Of a DNA stretch of 64,000 bases, positions 19,301 to 28,332 are shown one piece after another. The stretch lies in the IMG/VR virus record IMGVR_UViG_3300012007_000017, positions 1-64,000 of that record. One strand, given 5' to 3'. Numbering within the stretch: the stretch's first letter is position 1; every line of letters starts with the position of its first letter. Below the pieces are notes generated by a model, which was not told the origin of the DNA, ran no database searches, and saw only the letters and a program-made list of their open reading frames with translations. Source of the stretch: an uncultured virus (IMG/VR IMGVR_UViG_3300012007_000017) (taxonomy: Duplodnaviria > Heunggongvirae > Uroviricota > Caudoviricetes). The position numbers were made by a program, and so were the translations under genes.

Positions 19301-19897
19301 GCTGACGGTTACGCCAGAGGTATCAGGTCTAAGGCTGAAGATGCTGCTAGAGAAGCCAGAGAGATGGTCGCTAATGCTATTACGGCAGCTCAGAGGGAAC
19401 AGGACTCTGCTTCGCCTTCAAAGGTGTTCAGAGGTCTGGGTCAGGATGGTGGCGAAGGTTATGCTCTTGGTTTCGGCGATATGGTTTCTATGGTCGTTAC
19501 TTCGGTCAGAGACATGGGTCATGCCGGTATATTCGCTATGCAGGACACCATTTCACACATTAAAGATTCGGTCGATTCTGGTATAGACTTCAATCCGGTT
19601 ATTACGCCGGTACTTGATCTGAGCCAGATGACCAGTGGTGTAACATCTGCTAATGCCATGCTTTCGAGTATGCAACTTAACGGACTTGCGGCAACGGCTG
19701 CTATAACTATTGCCAACCAGCATAACGCTGCACTGGCGCAGGCTAAAGCAGTGGAACCGATTGATTACACCAAGTATCTTAGCAGCCTGATTGAGAACAC
19801 CAGGAATACTACTAATGCCGTCAGAGAAAATCGTTATGCGATCATTGACGGAGATTCTGCCTTTGACTATTTCGATAGACGCTTAGGCATGGCTTGA
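13373..19897 (+). CDS. Tape measure protein
   Basis: 2174 aa, helical Ala/Gly-rich with hydrophobic repeats; C-terminal SPSKVF motif. Confidence 0.95.
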   Translation: MNKELEQKIVEMKFDNSDFEQKVAQSLVTLKQLKESTKMEDAGKGLENLSKSAKNLDLSHIADGIEQLNARFSNLGIVGMTIMQRLTNAAIDMGQKIGAAITEAPTDGWKEYELNLDSVKTILNSAKTADGLPVTLDQVNQKLAELNEYSDKTIYSFSDMTNNIGKFTNAGVDLDSAVTAIQGVANVAALAGANASDASRAMYNFGQALGSGSVKLIDWKSIENANMATVDFKEQLIQTALELKTVRKEGDKYVSTTKNMQGKVSDVFTATQGFNDSLSAQWMTSEVLTKTLAKYTDETTELGQAAIDAATQVTTFSKMIDTLKESMGSGWMTTWQYIFGDFEESKKLWTDVYRELDGIIQKVAGARNEFLKGWKEAGGRDQLLGALGNIWTTVKYYATLISNAFSTAFPKIDATPIVAISKGFNALTEKVRPAQEKIDALTKTVEGTAEAVTEVAERAEKFNEIVQQIINGDWGNGQERIDRLHEAGYAFENLQNAVNEVLGCEKRYETVMSDNEAVGLSANEVLSENAELLGEQKTNLEAITEQVKKQNPIVGNLAMILLGVSSTVKVIKKAASGLWGTIAKGASLIEVLRKGLSFILDIFGTIGAKLYSFNSWILSFSNFYGVLNGIRMRLSQMSDRLKDTGISFKALIDFIELLRTGLGKAERKVIEFFKKFKDGAKSVGFDGLKNALISIGKFIGGALLVSLNALADIIVRVYNAAKDLKDTLAAMPIIQKITGHIQEMWDELKGLVGSMKDADFYATVLAPIISGISNTLSRLGTAILPILSSIFEEIKKKLVEIATKVEELYNKLKEDGTLEKATTAFEDFKAALRDIPELITAFYNALKLGRLPLLEELPESAKNFVTSFTDLKALVQTKIDEKFATWLTTISEWFKKAPTEEEVGPFAGFVNKMRTAFEDFKATAETAGGAVALFSTKVADVLNKIDFRGGVITALIGSIAIFVFRWSKVGKSASKTLKALATFIKNGGQVAKSASAKYDAFLKIAAAIGILAGSIWLVASIPADRFREACIALGVGFAAMAGIITALSVMQIPEGKMKEIGTAFGGLGVGLLAIAVAAKILATMDLPQLVKGGGALVVFMVLMTKAVKAAGNIGPGAGAAFAGLGLALLLLAPSIKIFSTMDAHTLIKGGAAVYVFMQMIARSAKAAGDAKGAFGAFLGISLALLLLIPSIKLLSNMDAKTLIKGGAAVAALMYMLSDAAKRANGGSKGFFGMAIAIGVITGAMYVLSGLPWAALVTSAHAMSVVLTSVAEAMAKIGGMEFKDIGKALAGLVGAIVVVGGALWLLTKFGDGKEQLMAALGISAILLAFSLMGPTIETLSKIPFQAGVVAAGNAMVFFGAMVICLGALGEISQMGGGKAGDAIVNGCTLIGRAISGFLDGFVGDTFNGVGEMVSSIGEHLSSFGQSIGGFIDGLSNVDEQTVTNAKNLALAILAICGADLLDALTGWLRGSHDLDSFSESFEPLTNAVIAMNAALANETLDSEKIGQMADVVTKMTELADAVPKTGGKLQVLTGVKDLSAFATDMNEFIGEGGFTDFMASVDSLNISPTVLAKMFMITSSTSAMIDLANALPKSGIISTFIDGTADLGEFAANMAAFLAYDKYGLFVTRVDLVGDADLGKLRGNIIPATQEMINLASKIKANTSIIDAITGRTNLGKFGETLADFGGGIEKFSLSIANVSTFKMGSVIDSVLRIAELNERGTIKTNNLTTFGTGITSIGSALGSFSTATEGVALERVTAVVMGLTNLHELMMVIADSDYSGVDNFAEAMRKLAETSVTEFVEGFTTNTEEATLAIQGFTNAVTEALTGDPEAVKAKARSIITTFSSEIYAPSGGLMMQASGEHLVNKLIDGINNIKEGTLETSAKGIITTLSAEIYAPGGGLIMKASGEHMVTSIVEGITAMLSEITKAALTIVTMYGAGILSRRAVLSQYGNIMVAAAYNGARTKNEDFYDLGQDAADGYARGIRSKAEDAAREAREMVANAITAAQREQDSASPSKVFRGLGQDGGEGYALGFGDMVSMVVTSVRDMGHAGIFAMQDTISHIKDSVDSGIDFNPVITPVLDLSQMTSGVTSANAMLSSMQLNGLAATAAITIANQHNAALAQAKAVEPIDYTKYLSSLIENTRNTTNAVRENRYAIIDGDSAFDYFDRRLGMA

Positions 19898-19902
19898 TAT
19901 TT

Positions 19903-19936
19903 AGGAGGCTCTTCTTTCACCGGAAGGGCCTCTTTT
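19903..19936 (+). terminator. Rho-independent terminator
   Basis: gaggctcttc-tttcaccg-gaagggcctc followed by tttt. Confidence 0.7.
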
Positions 19937-19955
19937 CTATTAACGGGGATGGAGT

Positions 19956-20864
19956 ATGAGATATTTTAAACTAGAGAATTCTTCGGGTTCCTCCTTTGAC
20001 ATTACGAATGAAGAGTTTTTCTTTCATGATGTGACAGGTCTTGGGTTTGACGAGGAAAACAATTTTAGGCGAGTTGGACCTGTGTGGAGGCTTACCTCAA
20101 CCGCGTATGCTCAGTCGAAGCCCGGCGGTAAGATGATGTTCACGGAGTACGGCTCTGGGACGCCATACGACAAATACGACGTTTTCAAGCGTTTTATATC
20201 TCAGCCCCCGCTAACTCTTATTTATTATCCCAATGGTCTTGGGACCACTGCATACAGAAAAAAGGTAAGGGTATCAAAACTCGGAAAGACTGAAATAACA
20301 GAACTGGGTGTCTTAGACTGCGACATAGAGTTCGTGTCATATAGCCCCTGGTATGAGATCCGACATTACGAAATCATACCGATAACCGTTGACGAAAACG
20401 CTGGATGGATTTGGGACGTCGGTAATAGCTGGGATCGCTCAGACGAAGATCTTACAAGTCCCAGATACAAGTTTGGCGCTGAGGCCAGAAATGAAATAAT
20501 CTTCGACTGTGAATCTAACATGAAGGGCCTTATCAAATTAACTATAAACGGACCGGCTATCAATCCGGTATGGACGCACCATGTCGATGGAAAAGTCGTA
20601 GAGTTGGGCGGCTTTGCCGCAGGTAACGATGTAACACTTACCGAGAGTGACCGCTTAATCATAGACAACACCGAAGGCCAGTATTCAATGATTATCGAGA
20701 ATACACAAACTTTGGTTAAGAGAAACGTCTATTCGCTTCAAGATTTCGACAAAGAGTGCTTTTTCACTATCGAAGGAGGACGCAACATGTTCGCTGTGGC
20801 TTCCGCAGACGAAACTGCATTAAATGTAGAATTAGAGGGGCATTTCCACTATGCAACAGTTTAA
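19956..20864 (+). CDS. Distal tail (Dit)-like protein
   Basis: Immediately after tape measure; 302 aa; GPAINP motif. Confidence 0.7.
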   Translation: MRYFKLENSSGSSFDITNEEFFFHDVTGLGFDEENNFRRVGPVWRLTSTAYAQSKPGGKMMFTEYGSGTPYDKYDVFKRFISQPPLTLIYYPNGLGTTAYRKKVRVSKLGKTEITELGVLDCDIEFVSYSPWYEIRHYEIIPITVDENAGWIWDVGNSWDRSDEDLTSPRYKFGAEARNEIIFDCESNMKGLIKLTINGPAINPVWTHHVDGKVVELGGFAAGNDVTLTESDRLIIDNTEGQYSMIIENTQTLVKRNVYSLQDFDKECFFTIEGGRNMFAVASADETALNVELEGHFHYATV

Positions 20865-21948
20865 AGTCGATATTTTTGATAGAAGTATGTCGTTTGTTGA
20901 CAACGCAGTTATTGACGCAACATCGATAGATGATGATTACATTTCTGCGTCGCTGAATATAGTTGAGGTTCCGCCCACGCAGCTGGTAGAGAACGGTCAG
21001 TTTATACGTCTTCAGAATAAAGACTACTATTTCTTTGGGCATATTACTGAAGTTTCGCCGGGAGAATTTGCCACTAGAATTGGGTTTAAATCATTTCTCA
21101 CCGTATTTGATGAGGAAGTGCTATTTGATACCAATTGGCAGGGTACCGGTCATGCTGCTTCAAGACCGACTCTTGAGACAGTATTACGCAACTTTATTTC
21201 AGACACATATGTTAATCCAAGTGATACTTATCAAAGGCTTCCACTAGTTGTAACTATAGATGCCACTATAACAGAAACCCTCGATTGGAGTTTTGGCATA
21301 AGACCGGAGAAAGATACATCGCATTATGCCGTAGCTAATTTATATTCTGACATAATCGTTCGCGCTTTAAAGGAGTACGGGATCACTATTACGGTAGATC
21401 CGGTGTTTTATGACCATAAGATTCATTTGACGATAACTAAGAGGCCCACGCCCTTTAAGATCAGCGCGGATCGAAATAATGTCGTAGTTAAGACACTCAA
21501 GTATAGCGATAAAAATGTCGGCCTTAACAAACTGATCGTCTACAATGCTGATAACTATAATCAGAGCCTTACATTTTATGTTCATCCGGACAAGACGTGG
21601 AATACAACGAACAGCAATCGTATTACTCCGGTTGTTCGTGGTATAAAACTTGTAGCTCCTCAAGAAAACACCGTTGATTCATTTGTTGAGGCTGCTGCAG
21701 AAGCCGCGTACAGTGAGCTGTCGTCATCGTCTTGGGATAACTGCATAGAACTAGAAGTATACGTAGACGACGTTAACATTACACCGATGGAGTTATATAT
21801 TGGCCAGGTTGTAGAGGTTCGCTATGAAGGGGCTAGTTACAAGAGTATCTTGACAGGTAGAATTCTTGACGGCGATAAAATCACTCTCATCTTTGGATCA
21901 GAGCGAATAGAGTATACCAAACGCCGTAAATTAAACGGAGGTAAATAA
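20851..21948 (+). CDS. Baseplate hub/Tal-like tail protein
   Basis: Position after Dit; 365 aa. Confidence 0.6.
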   Translation: MQQFKVDIFDRSMSFVDNAVIDATSIDDDYISASLNIVEVPPTQLVENGQFIRLQNKDYYFFGHITEVSPGEFATRIGFKSFLTVFDEEVLFDTNWQGTGHAASRPTLETVLRNFISDTYVNPSDTYQRLPLVVTIDATITETLDWSFGIRPEKDTSHYAVANLYSDIIVRALKEYGITITVDPVFYDHKIHLTITKRPTPFKISADRNNVVVKTLKYSDKNVGLNKLIVYNADNYNQSLTFYVHPDKTWNTTNSNRITPVVRGIKLVAPQENTVDSFVEAAAEAAYSELSSSSWDNCIELEVYVDDVNITPMELYIGQVVEVRYEGASYKSILTGRILDGDKITLIFGSERIEYTKRRKLNGGK

Positions 21949-22826
21949 TGGCAGATGCTTCAATTGATATCCGCATCTTTGAGAACAAAGAGATGAAAGC
22001 GGTTGACATGGCAGAGCTTATGGATGCTGCCATCTTTAGAAATGGTGTTATACAAGGCTGCGAAACAAAAATCGAAAACGGTCTGTTCACTATCGAAGGC
22101 GGCAGGATTGTCGTTGGCGGAAGGCTTGGAGTAGTCACAGGGGGAACTGTGCCCAATCCGACAGCTCTTTCAAAAACTGATATATGCTATCCAATAGCGG
22201 TTTGCGATCTGGCCGACGCCAATAAACCTTTTTATTTTATGATTGCGACCAAAGACGACCTTACGAGTCTTGGGTTAGACTATGAAAATAGAAGCTCGAA
22301 CTTTAACGTGCAAAATGGTCGCGACGCGCTATTCTTTGGTACCGTTGAAGTAGATCCCGCAACCGGTTTAATTAATCAGAATACGTACCAGAAATGGGGA
22401 CAAGCTACAGCTAGAAAGGGCTGGGAGTGGTATACTACGATACTTAACGAGATTCAAAAAATCGACACCAAGTATAACGACAAACTTACTTGGAAATCCG
22501 TGCAAGAAGCAGATTATCAAGGAACTGATTTTCATGCTATACCTGCCGGTGCTAAGGAGATTTATGTAGTAATATGGATTAGATGGACCGCCGGAGATAA
22601 TTCTCAAAAAACAAGTATAGGTTTTCATATACCTGTTAACGATACTTTATTCGTATCTAGTGCAAGTCTAGTAGGACATGTTAATCATTGGACAAAAACC
22701 AACGACGGATTTGTTAGACTTAGACTTGTTAAGAATAACGAGGGCTACTTTGTACAGATTTACAACGTTTATCAGGGAGATACTGACGTCACCAATAGCG
22801 CGTACTGGCGCATCCTTTACAGATAA
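21948..22826 (+). CDS. Minor tail/baseplate protein
   Basis: Position; GRIVVGGR beta-rich N-terminus. Confidence 0.5.
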   Translation: MADASIDIRIFENKEMKAVDMAELMDAAIFRNGVIQGCETKIENGLFTIEGGRIVVGGRLGVVTGGTVPNPTALSKTDICYPIAVCDLADANKPFYFMIATKDDLTSLGLDYENRSSNFNVQNGRDALFFGTVEVDPATGLINQNTYQKWGQATARKGWEWYTTILNEIQKIDTKYNDKLTWKSVQEADYQGTDFHAIPAGAKEIYVVIWIRWTAGDNSQKTSIGFHIPVNDTLFVSSASLVGHVNHWTKTNDGFVRLRLVKNNEGYFVQIYNVYQGDTDVTNSAYWRILYR

Positions 22827-22840
22827 CGGAGGAATTCAAA

Positions 22841-25675
22841 ATGGCAGTAGATGGATACCTTCCTAAGATTACTCCTCCCAAAAGCTATGATAACTACCGC
22901 ATGGGCGATGGCCTTGGCATGATCATCACTCTTGCTGATGGCAAAAAAGTCGCATATTTGTACGACGGTTTCCAAGGCGGCGAACCTACAGATGCTCTTA
23001 TCGAGTGGTTCAAGTCTAATGGCATCACAGAGATTGATATTTGCACAGTCTCTCATGCGCATGGCGATCACTACGGTGGACCTAGACGAATCGTAGAAAG
23101 CGGAAAGCTTAAGATCAAACAGGTGCTATGTTACCATCCCGATTCTCTCAAGCATGGGGTTGACAACACGTCTAACGGCAGGTCTGTGGCCGAAGATATC
23201 GATAACATGTACGAGTTCATAAGAGCTGTGCAGGCTAAGGGAACCAAAGTCAACTTTATCGACCACGGTAGTGTAGTTAAGGTTGGCGATATTTCGTTTA
23301 AAGTTTATAGGAAGCAGCCTCGTTCATTTACGGATGAGGATCAAGGAAACGGGTGGGCTTTTGGCAACAACGGCTCGCTCGTTTTGTGTTCTCCGGAACT
23401 TGATATCGTACTTCCTGGTGATGGTCCTGATGAACTTAAAGACGCGCTCGATTACTTTAATCAACCGATCGTAGCAATGAGTGTTCCTCATCATGGAGGC
23501 TCATGCAACAGACCTAACGCTAAGGCTGCTAAGGCCAGAGGATGTGCTTTGGCTTGGGAGTCCTGTGTTGAGAAGAACGGCGTCGGAACCAGTGACCATA
23601 CAATGTATGGCTCTAGGCGTGTTAAGGAGCAGGGTATTCCTGTCTGGATGCAGAACCAGCCTATGACGTTCCACGCTGAGAAAGGAAAGATTACATTCAT
23701 GCAAAACGGCAAGACCGTATCGGCCAACATTCCTTATCAGGGCGCCGAGGTCAAAATAGAACCTGGCTGGGTCAAGAATGCTAAAGGCTGGTGGTACAAG
23801 GAAGCAGACGGTTCCTATGCCACTGGCTGGAAGAAAAAAAAGTGGTCTGGTGAAAAGGTAAACGGAAGCTGGTTTCTCTTCGACGATAAAGGCTACATGC
23901 AGACTGGTTGGGTATATTCCGAGTGGTCTGGCGGTAGAAGCTGGTTCTTCCTCGATCGCAAGACAGGAGCTATGAAGACCGGATGGCTTTACGATGGCGG
24001 ACTATGGTATTACCTTGATCCTGCAACTGGCGCAATGAAGACTGGCTGGCTTAAGTATAAAGAGAAATGGTGCTATCTGGAACCTGCAGCAGGACCTGGC
24101 AAGAAACAAGGCCATTGCTATGTGAATTGCAGAGCTACCATTGGCGGTAAGTTATATTCTTTCGATAAAGATGGCTATGCAACGGAAATCTCTAATAAAG
24201 GGACTCTCGATGGCTGTGATGTAGCTTCATATCAGTACGACATTAATCCGAGTCAGATGACGACTACGGATTTCTTTATTGTTAAGTTCACACAGGGTAC
24301 TTGGTATGTGAACCCTTATGCTGAGCAACAATATTCCAAAGCCAAAGCGGCTGGCAAACTACTCGCGGCATACCACTATGGCGAAGGCGGCGATCCAGTT
24401 AAGGAAGCTCGATTCTTTGTTTCCACGTTAGGCGATAAGATTGGGGAATGCGTTCTCTGTATCGACTGGGAGGGCAAGAGTAACGGCAAATTCAATACGG
24501 CCGAAGAAGTCGCATGGGTCCTTAAGTTCGCCATGGAAGTATACAGGCTTACTGGCGTGCATATTTTCTTGTACATGTCCAAGTCTGTTACATGGAGAAG
24601 GAATTGGTCTGAAGTTGCCAAGGACGTAAGACTCTGGTGTGCTCAGTATGCCAATTCTAATTTTACTAACTATCAAGACGATCCTTGGACTGATCGTAAT
24701 GGTTTTGGAGCATGGGCTAAGGACACTATCAGACAATATTCTTCGCACGGCCGAGTCAGAGGCTATGGCAAGAACCTCGATATCAACAAGGCTTATCTGA
24801 GCCGCAACGAGTGGCTTAGTGCTGCCGCTGGTAAGATCGTGAGCGAACCGTCTATTGCGCAGAAACCTAAGACTCAGTGGGCGGAATGTATTAATCAGAC
24901 TACATCTCCTGTCAAACTTAGTAACTCTGGCTCCGATGAGAACAAAGCTTACAAGAACGGTAAAGCTGGAGATCAAAATGGTAGGGAATGGTACATCAGA
25001 GACTGGTATAACTACCCTTGGAACTGTGTACTGAGACACCCGCTGGCAGAAGTCAGGGCTTGTATCGCAACTCTGGCGTATAAAGCTGCTCAGAATGACA
25101 ACATAGGTTACGACCAGAATCAGAGAGACTCATACGGCGTAGCTCTGGCTAAGGCTGATTACGATCCCAGTAAGATTACCACACCAGTGGAGTCTGATTG
25201 CTCTAAGGGAGTTATCGACAACACTAAAGCGACTGGTTATATTCTCGGCATGCCAGAACTTCAGAAAATTGAAGCGACTTACACTGGCAATATGAGAGCT
25301 GGATTTGCTAAGGCTGGTTTCATTGTCCTTACCGAGAGCAAGTATCTCACAAGCGGTGATTATCTGCTGGCTGGCGATATTGTACTTAATGATAAGCATC
25401 ACACAGCAACTGTTGTAACGAACGGCGTTAAGAGCGGTAATGAGACTAGCACTATGCCGTTGGTTAAGGACGGCAGTAAAGGATATGCAGTTTCTCAGCT
25501 CCAGCAGATGCTTAATAAAACAAGCTATCGTAACCAGAAGAGACTAACTGTCGATGGCGAATTCGGCCCGCAGACCAAGGCCCAGGTTATTTTCTATCAG
25601 ATGGATAGAAGGCTTGAACCTGATGGAGAAGTCGGGCCTAAGACTTGGGGTCAGCTTTACGAAGACGTATACTAA
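22841..25675 (+). CDS. Multidomain lysin: MBL-fold hydrolase, cell-wall-binding repeats, GH25 muramidase, Cys/His amidase, PG-binding domain
   Basis: SHAHGDH and PHHG; M.TGW..WYY repeats; DVASYQ, IDWE, LDIN; GYDQ..R, DCS, HHT; DGEFGPQT/DGEVGPKTW. Confidence 0.85.
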   Translation: MAVDGYLPKITPPKSYDNYRMGDGLGMIITLADGKKVAYLYDGFQGGEPTDALIEWFKSNGITEIDICTVSHAHGDHYGGPRRIVESGKLKIKQVLCYHPDSLKHGVDNTSNGRSVAEDIDNMYEFIRAVQAKGTKVNFIDHGSVVKVGDISFKVYRKQPRSFTDEDQGNGWAFGNNGSLVLCSPELDIVLPGDGPDELKDALDYFNQPIVAMSVPHHGGSCNRPNAKAAKARGCALAWESCVEKNGVGTSDHTMYGSRRVKEQGIPVWMQNQPMTFHAEKGKITFMQNGKTVSANIPYQGAEVKIEPGWVKNAKGWWYKEADGSYATGWKKKKWSGEKVNGSWFLFDDKGYMQTGWVYSEWSGGRSWFFLDRKTGAMKTGWLYDGGLWYYLDPATGAMKTGWLKYKEKWCYLEPAAGPGKKQGHCYVNCRATIGGKLYSFDKDGYATEISNKGTLDGCDVASYQYDINPSQMTTTDFFIVKFTQGTWYVNPYAEQQYSKAKAAGKLLAAYHYGEGGDPVKEARFFVSTLGDKIGECVLCIDWEGKSNGKFNTAEEVAWVLKFAMEVYRLTGVHIFLYMSKSVTWRRNWSEVAKDVRLWCAQYANSNFTNYQDDPWTDRNGFGAWAKDTIRQYSSHGRVRGYGKNLDINKAYLSRNEWLSAAAGKIVSEPSIAQKPKTQWAECINQTTSPVKLSNSGSDENKAYKNGKAGDQNGREWYIRDWYNYPWNCVLRHPLAEVRACIATLAYKAAQNDNIGYDQNQRDSYGVALAKADYDPSKITTPVESDCSKGVIDNTKATGYILGMPELQKIEATYTGNMRAGFAKAGFIVLTESKYLTSGDYLLAGDIVLNDKHHTATVVTNGVKSGNETSTMPLVKDGSKGYAVSQLQQMLNKTSYRNQKRLTVDGEFGPQTKAQVIFYQMDRRLEPDGEVGPKTWGQLYEDVY

Positions 25676-25723
25676 AAATTCCCCGGGGTGGATTTTTCTG
25701 AAAACTTTTTATAAGGAGCAGCA

Positions 25724-27745
25724 ATGGCTATTACCAATATTCTTAAGTCTATAGTTTTAGACGTATACGATCACGATAAAACTCCGAAGACAATTAAAAC
25801 CATTGCCGCGGATAATGATGTTAGATATATTGCTGCTGAAATTCAGAGCGAAGGCGTTCGGTATGATGTTAGTGCATCATCTACCGTCGAACTCATTATC
25901 TTGCGGCCAGATAAAGTAGGGGTTTCCGTTACTGGTCAGCCTCAGGAGTTCACATATCAGGGTCCAGATATTTTTGATACAGACACTGGTGAAACAACTC
26001 CAGGCGAAACCATTACATATTATGGAGTCTACGCCGAGCTTGATCAGGTGGCCCTTGCTAAGACAGGTACACTGCTTGGCCAATTCAAAATCACCAATGG
26101 GGAGCAACTACTTCGCACTGAGATATTTAAGATTAATAACGGCAGAGCTCTTGACGGAGAAACATCCGAGTGGGCAGACCAGTATCAAGGATATGATCTC
26201 GAAGAAGTCATGCAGACGGTTAACGAAGCAGTCAGCAAAGTTGATGCGATGGAAGAGGATGTATCGGACTTAAAGAGCGGTTTAAGTGCTATACAGAATG
26301 GATATTCATATCTGTTAGGGTATGGGGAGTTTGTTCGTGGAACATTATACAATGGTGCGTTAAGAACAAATGTAACATATCGTGTTACGACAACTAATAT
26401 CCTTCAGTTTGATTATGACATCACTCTGGACGTTTCAAGCACCTTTAAATTCGGTGCGCATCTGTTTGTGAACGGTACATTTTCCCAAGATACAGGATGG
26501 CATACTACTGCTTATAAAATCCCTGCTGGAACTCAGTTTAAGCCTGTTATCGCAAGAAGAACTGAGAATACATCAGAAGTTGCTGACATCCTGACTTTCG
26601 TACAGCAAGTAACCTTCCAAAATGCCGAACAGCAGACAATCGCAGAATCAGACAAACATCTTGCATCGCACTTTTACCTTCCAATCTTCACGATCAGCGA
26701 AGAATTATTAAAGCAGGGAAATTTGGGAGATCATGGAGAAGATTCCACTTACGCACAGAATGCAGGTGCTATCTCAGATTTTCTTTTTGCGGTTAATGAC
26801 GTAGCAATCTATGCAGATACGGACAACTATCCCAATGCGAGAGTGTATGTGCATTATTTTGACGAATCCTGCACATGGACAAAGGGGAGTGGATGGCAAG
26901 CAAAGTACATCATCCCAAAGGGAAGTATTTTCAGAATCCTTTTGCGTCAGGTTTATAACTCGACTTCTGCTGTTTCTGTCAGTAATATTTATTCAAGTTT
27001 CAGCATCTATACAGCCATCAGCAACAAATGCTGTCAGGCTGTATCCCATCAGGGAAACGTAAACACGACAGATAACTCCTGTAAAATTGACGGATATATC
27101 AGGGCAGGGATGGCAGGATTTGAATTTGCAGAATGCGATGTCAAATTCACTTCTGACGATGTTCCTGTATGCTCTCATGACGGAGTTTTTACGGATGCCA
27201 CGACAGGCACGTCCATCAGGATTGAAAGTTATACACTTACACAGCTAAAGGGTTTCAATTTTCATGGTGGAACTATAGCAACACTTGATGAGGTAGTAGC
27301 GGTCTGCAAAAAATACGGCATGGACTTACTGATTGACCAGTACAACGCAGATTGGACTGCCGCAAGGTATGATGCTATTTTTGCGATACTTAATAAATAT
27401 CGGTATGCGAAGCATTGCAGACACATCATATATGATTCTGCTTGTGCATCTCCCATTTTAAGTCGTGATAAAACGGCATGGATTATCTGCGGTCAATCTT
27501 ATTCATCCACATCTCCTGACAGTGCCATAGCACTTGCGGATGCGGTGGTCACTGATTACAACAGGGTCGATGTAATGTTCTATTATGGTTTGGGGGCTGA
27601 CGTTATAAGTACCGCACTTGCAAGTGCTGACAGCCGATATGGGGTTAATATTTATATCCTTGACACCATAGCTTCGAAGGCAGAATTTGCACCGATGGCA
27701 ACGCTGATAACCACGAATACAGACCCCCAAGTGTATTTTGAGTAA
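25724..27745 (+). CDS. Baseplate/receptor-binding protein with BppU-like N-terminus and glycerophosphodiester phosphodiesterase domain
   Basis: RPD motif in N-terminus; coiled linker; SHQG and ECDVKFTSDDVPVCSHD GDPD motifs. Confidence 0.75.
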   Translation: MAITNILKSIVLDVYDHDKTPKTIKTIAADNDVRYIAAEIQSEGVRYDVSASSTVELIILRPDKVGVSVTGQPQEFTYQGPDIFDTDTGETTPGETITYYGVYAELDQVALAKTGTLLGQFKITNGEQLLRTEIFKINNGRALDGETSEWADQYQGYDLEEVMQTVNEAVSKVDAMEEDVSDLKSGLSAIQNGYSYLLGYGEFVRGTLYNGALRTNVTYRVTTTNILQFDYDITLDVSSTFKFGAHLFVNGTFSQDTGWHTTAYKIPAGTQFKPVIARRTENTSEVADILTFVQQVTFQNAEQQTIAESDKHLASHFYLPIFTISEELLKQGNLGDHGEDSTYAQNAGAISDFLFAVNDVAIYADTDNYPNARVYVHYFDESCTWTKGSGWQAKYIIPKGSIFRILLRQVYNSTSAVSVSNIYSSFSIYTAISNKCCQAVSHQGNVNTTDNSCKIDGYIRAGMAGFEFAECDVKFTSDDVPVCSHDGVFTDATTGTSIRIESYTLTQLKGFNFHGGTIATLDEVVAVCKKYGMDLLIDQYNADWTAARYDAIFAILNKYRYAKHCRHIIYDSACASPILSRDKTAWIICGQSYSSTSPDSAIALADAVVTDYNRVDVMFYYGLGADVISTALASADSRYGVNIYILDTIASKAEFAPMATLITTNTDPQVYFE

Positions 27746-27757
27746 GGAGGTGACCGC

Positions 27758-28069
27758 ATGACACGAATCATAATCGGGACAACTCCGACAATCACATACA
27801 CGTTCAAGGTTGTGCCTGTTTCCACCATCACCAAAGCGGTACTCACTGTTAAGGAACGTGGCGTGAACATCATAGAGAAAGACCTCTCCGATGCAACAGT
27901 CGGAGAGGATACACTCTCATGGACGCTCACACAGGAAGAAACGCTTGCGATAGGTGCGAGGGGTGCATCCATCATGCTCAATTGGCTTACTGCTGACGGA
28001 GTGCGTGGGGCAAGCAGAGAAGAGGTCGTAAACGGAGTGAATAACCACATCAGGGAGGTGATGACATGA
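27758..28069 (+). CDS. Small tail-associated protein
   Basis: GTTPTITY..LTQEETL; strong RBS; tail module context. Confidence 0.5.
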   Translation: MTRIIIGTTPTITYTFKVVPVSTITKAVLTVKERGVNIIEKDLSDATVGEDTLSWTLTQEETLAIGARGASIMLNWLTADGVRGASREEVVNGVNNHIREVMT

Positions 28070-28332
28070 ACTCCCACAAGGAGATAGTGCTTGACGGTGA
28101 ATTATCACTGAATATCCCTATGGATGGAGAGGTCGGCGCTGTCATGAAGGTGGTGGAACACGACCTTCCTGTGTACACAGGGGCAACAACCGTTGAGCCA
28201 GACTTTGACGGAACTGTATTAATGACCGCTCAAAAGGTCGTGAATCAGAATATAACTGTAAACCCGATACAGGTCGAATCTGTATCCAATCCTGCAGGCG
28301 GCAGAACCGTCTATATCGGAGGAATTATCTAA
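28066..28332 (+). CDS. Small tail-associated protein
   Basis: C-terminal SNPAGGRTVYIG shared with next ORF (DNAAGGQTVTIG). Confidence 0.5.
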   Translation: MNSHKEIVLDGELSLNIPMDGEVGAVMKVVEHDLPVYTGATTVEPDFDGTVLMTAQKVVNQNITVNPIQVESVSNPAGGRTVYIGGII

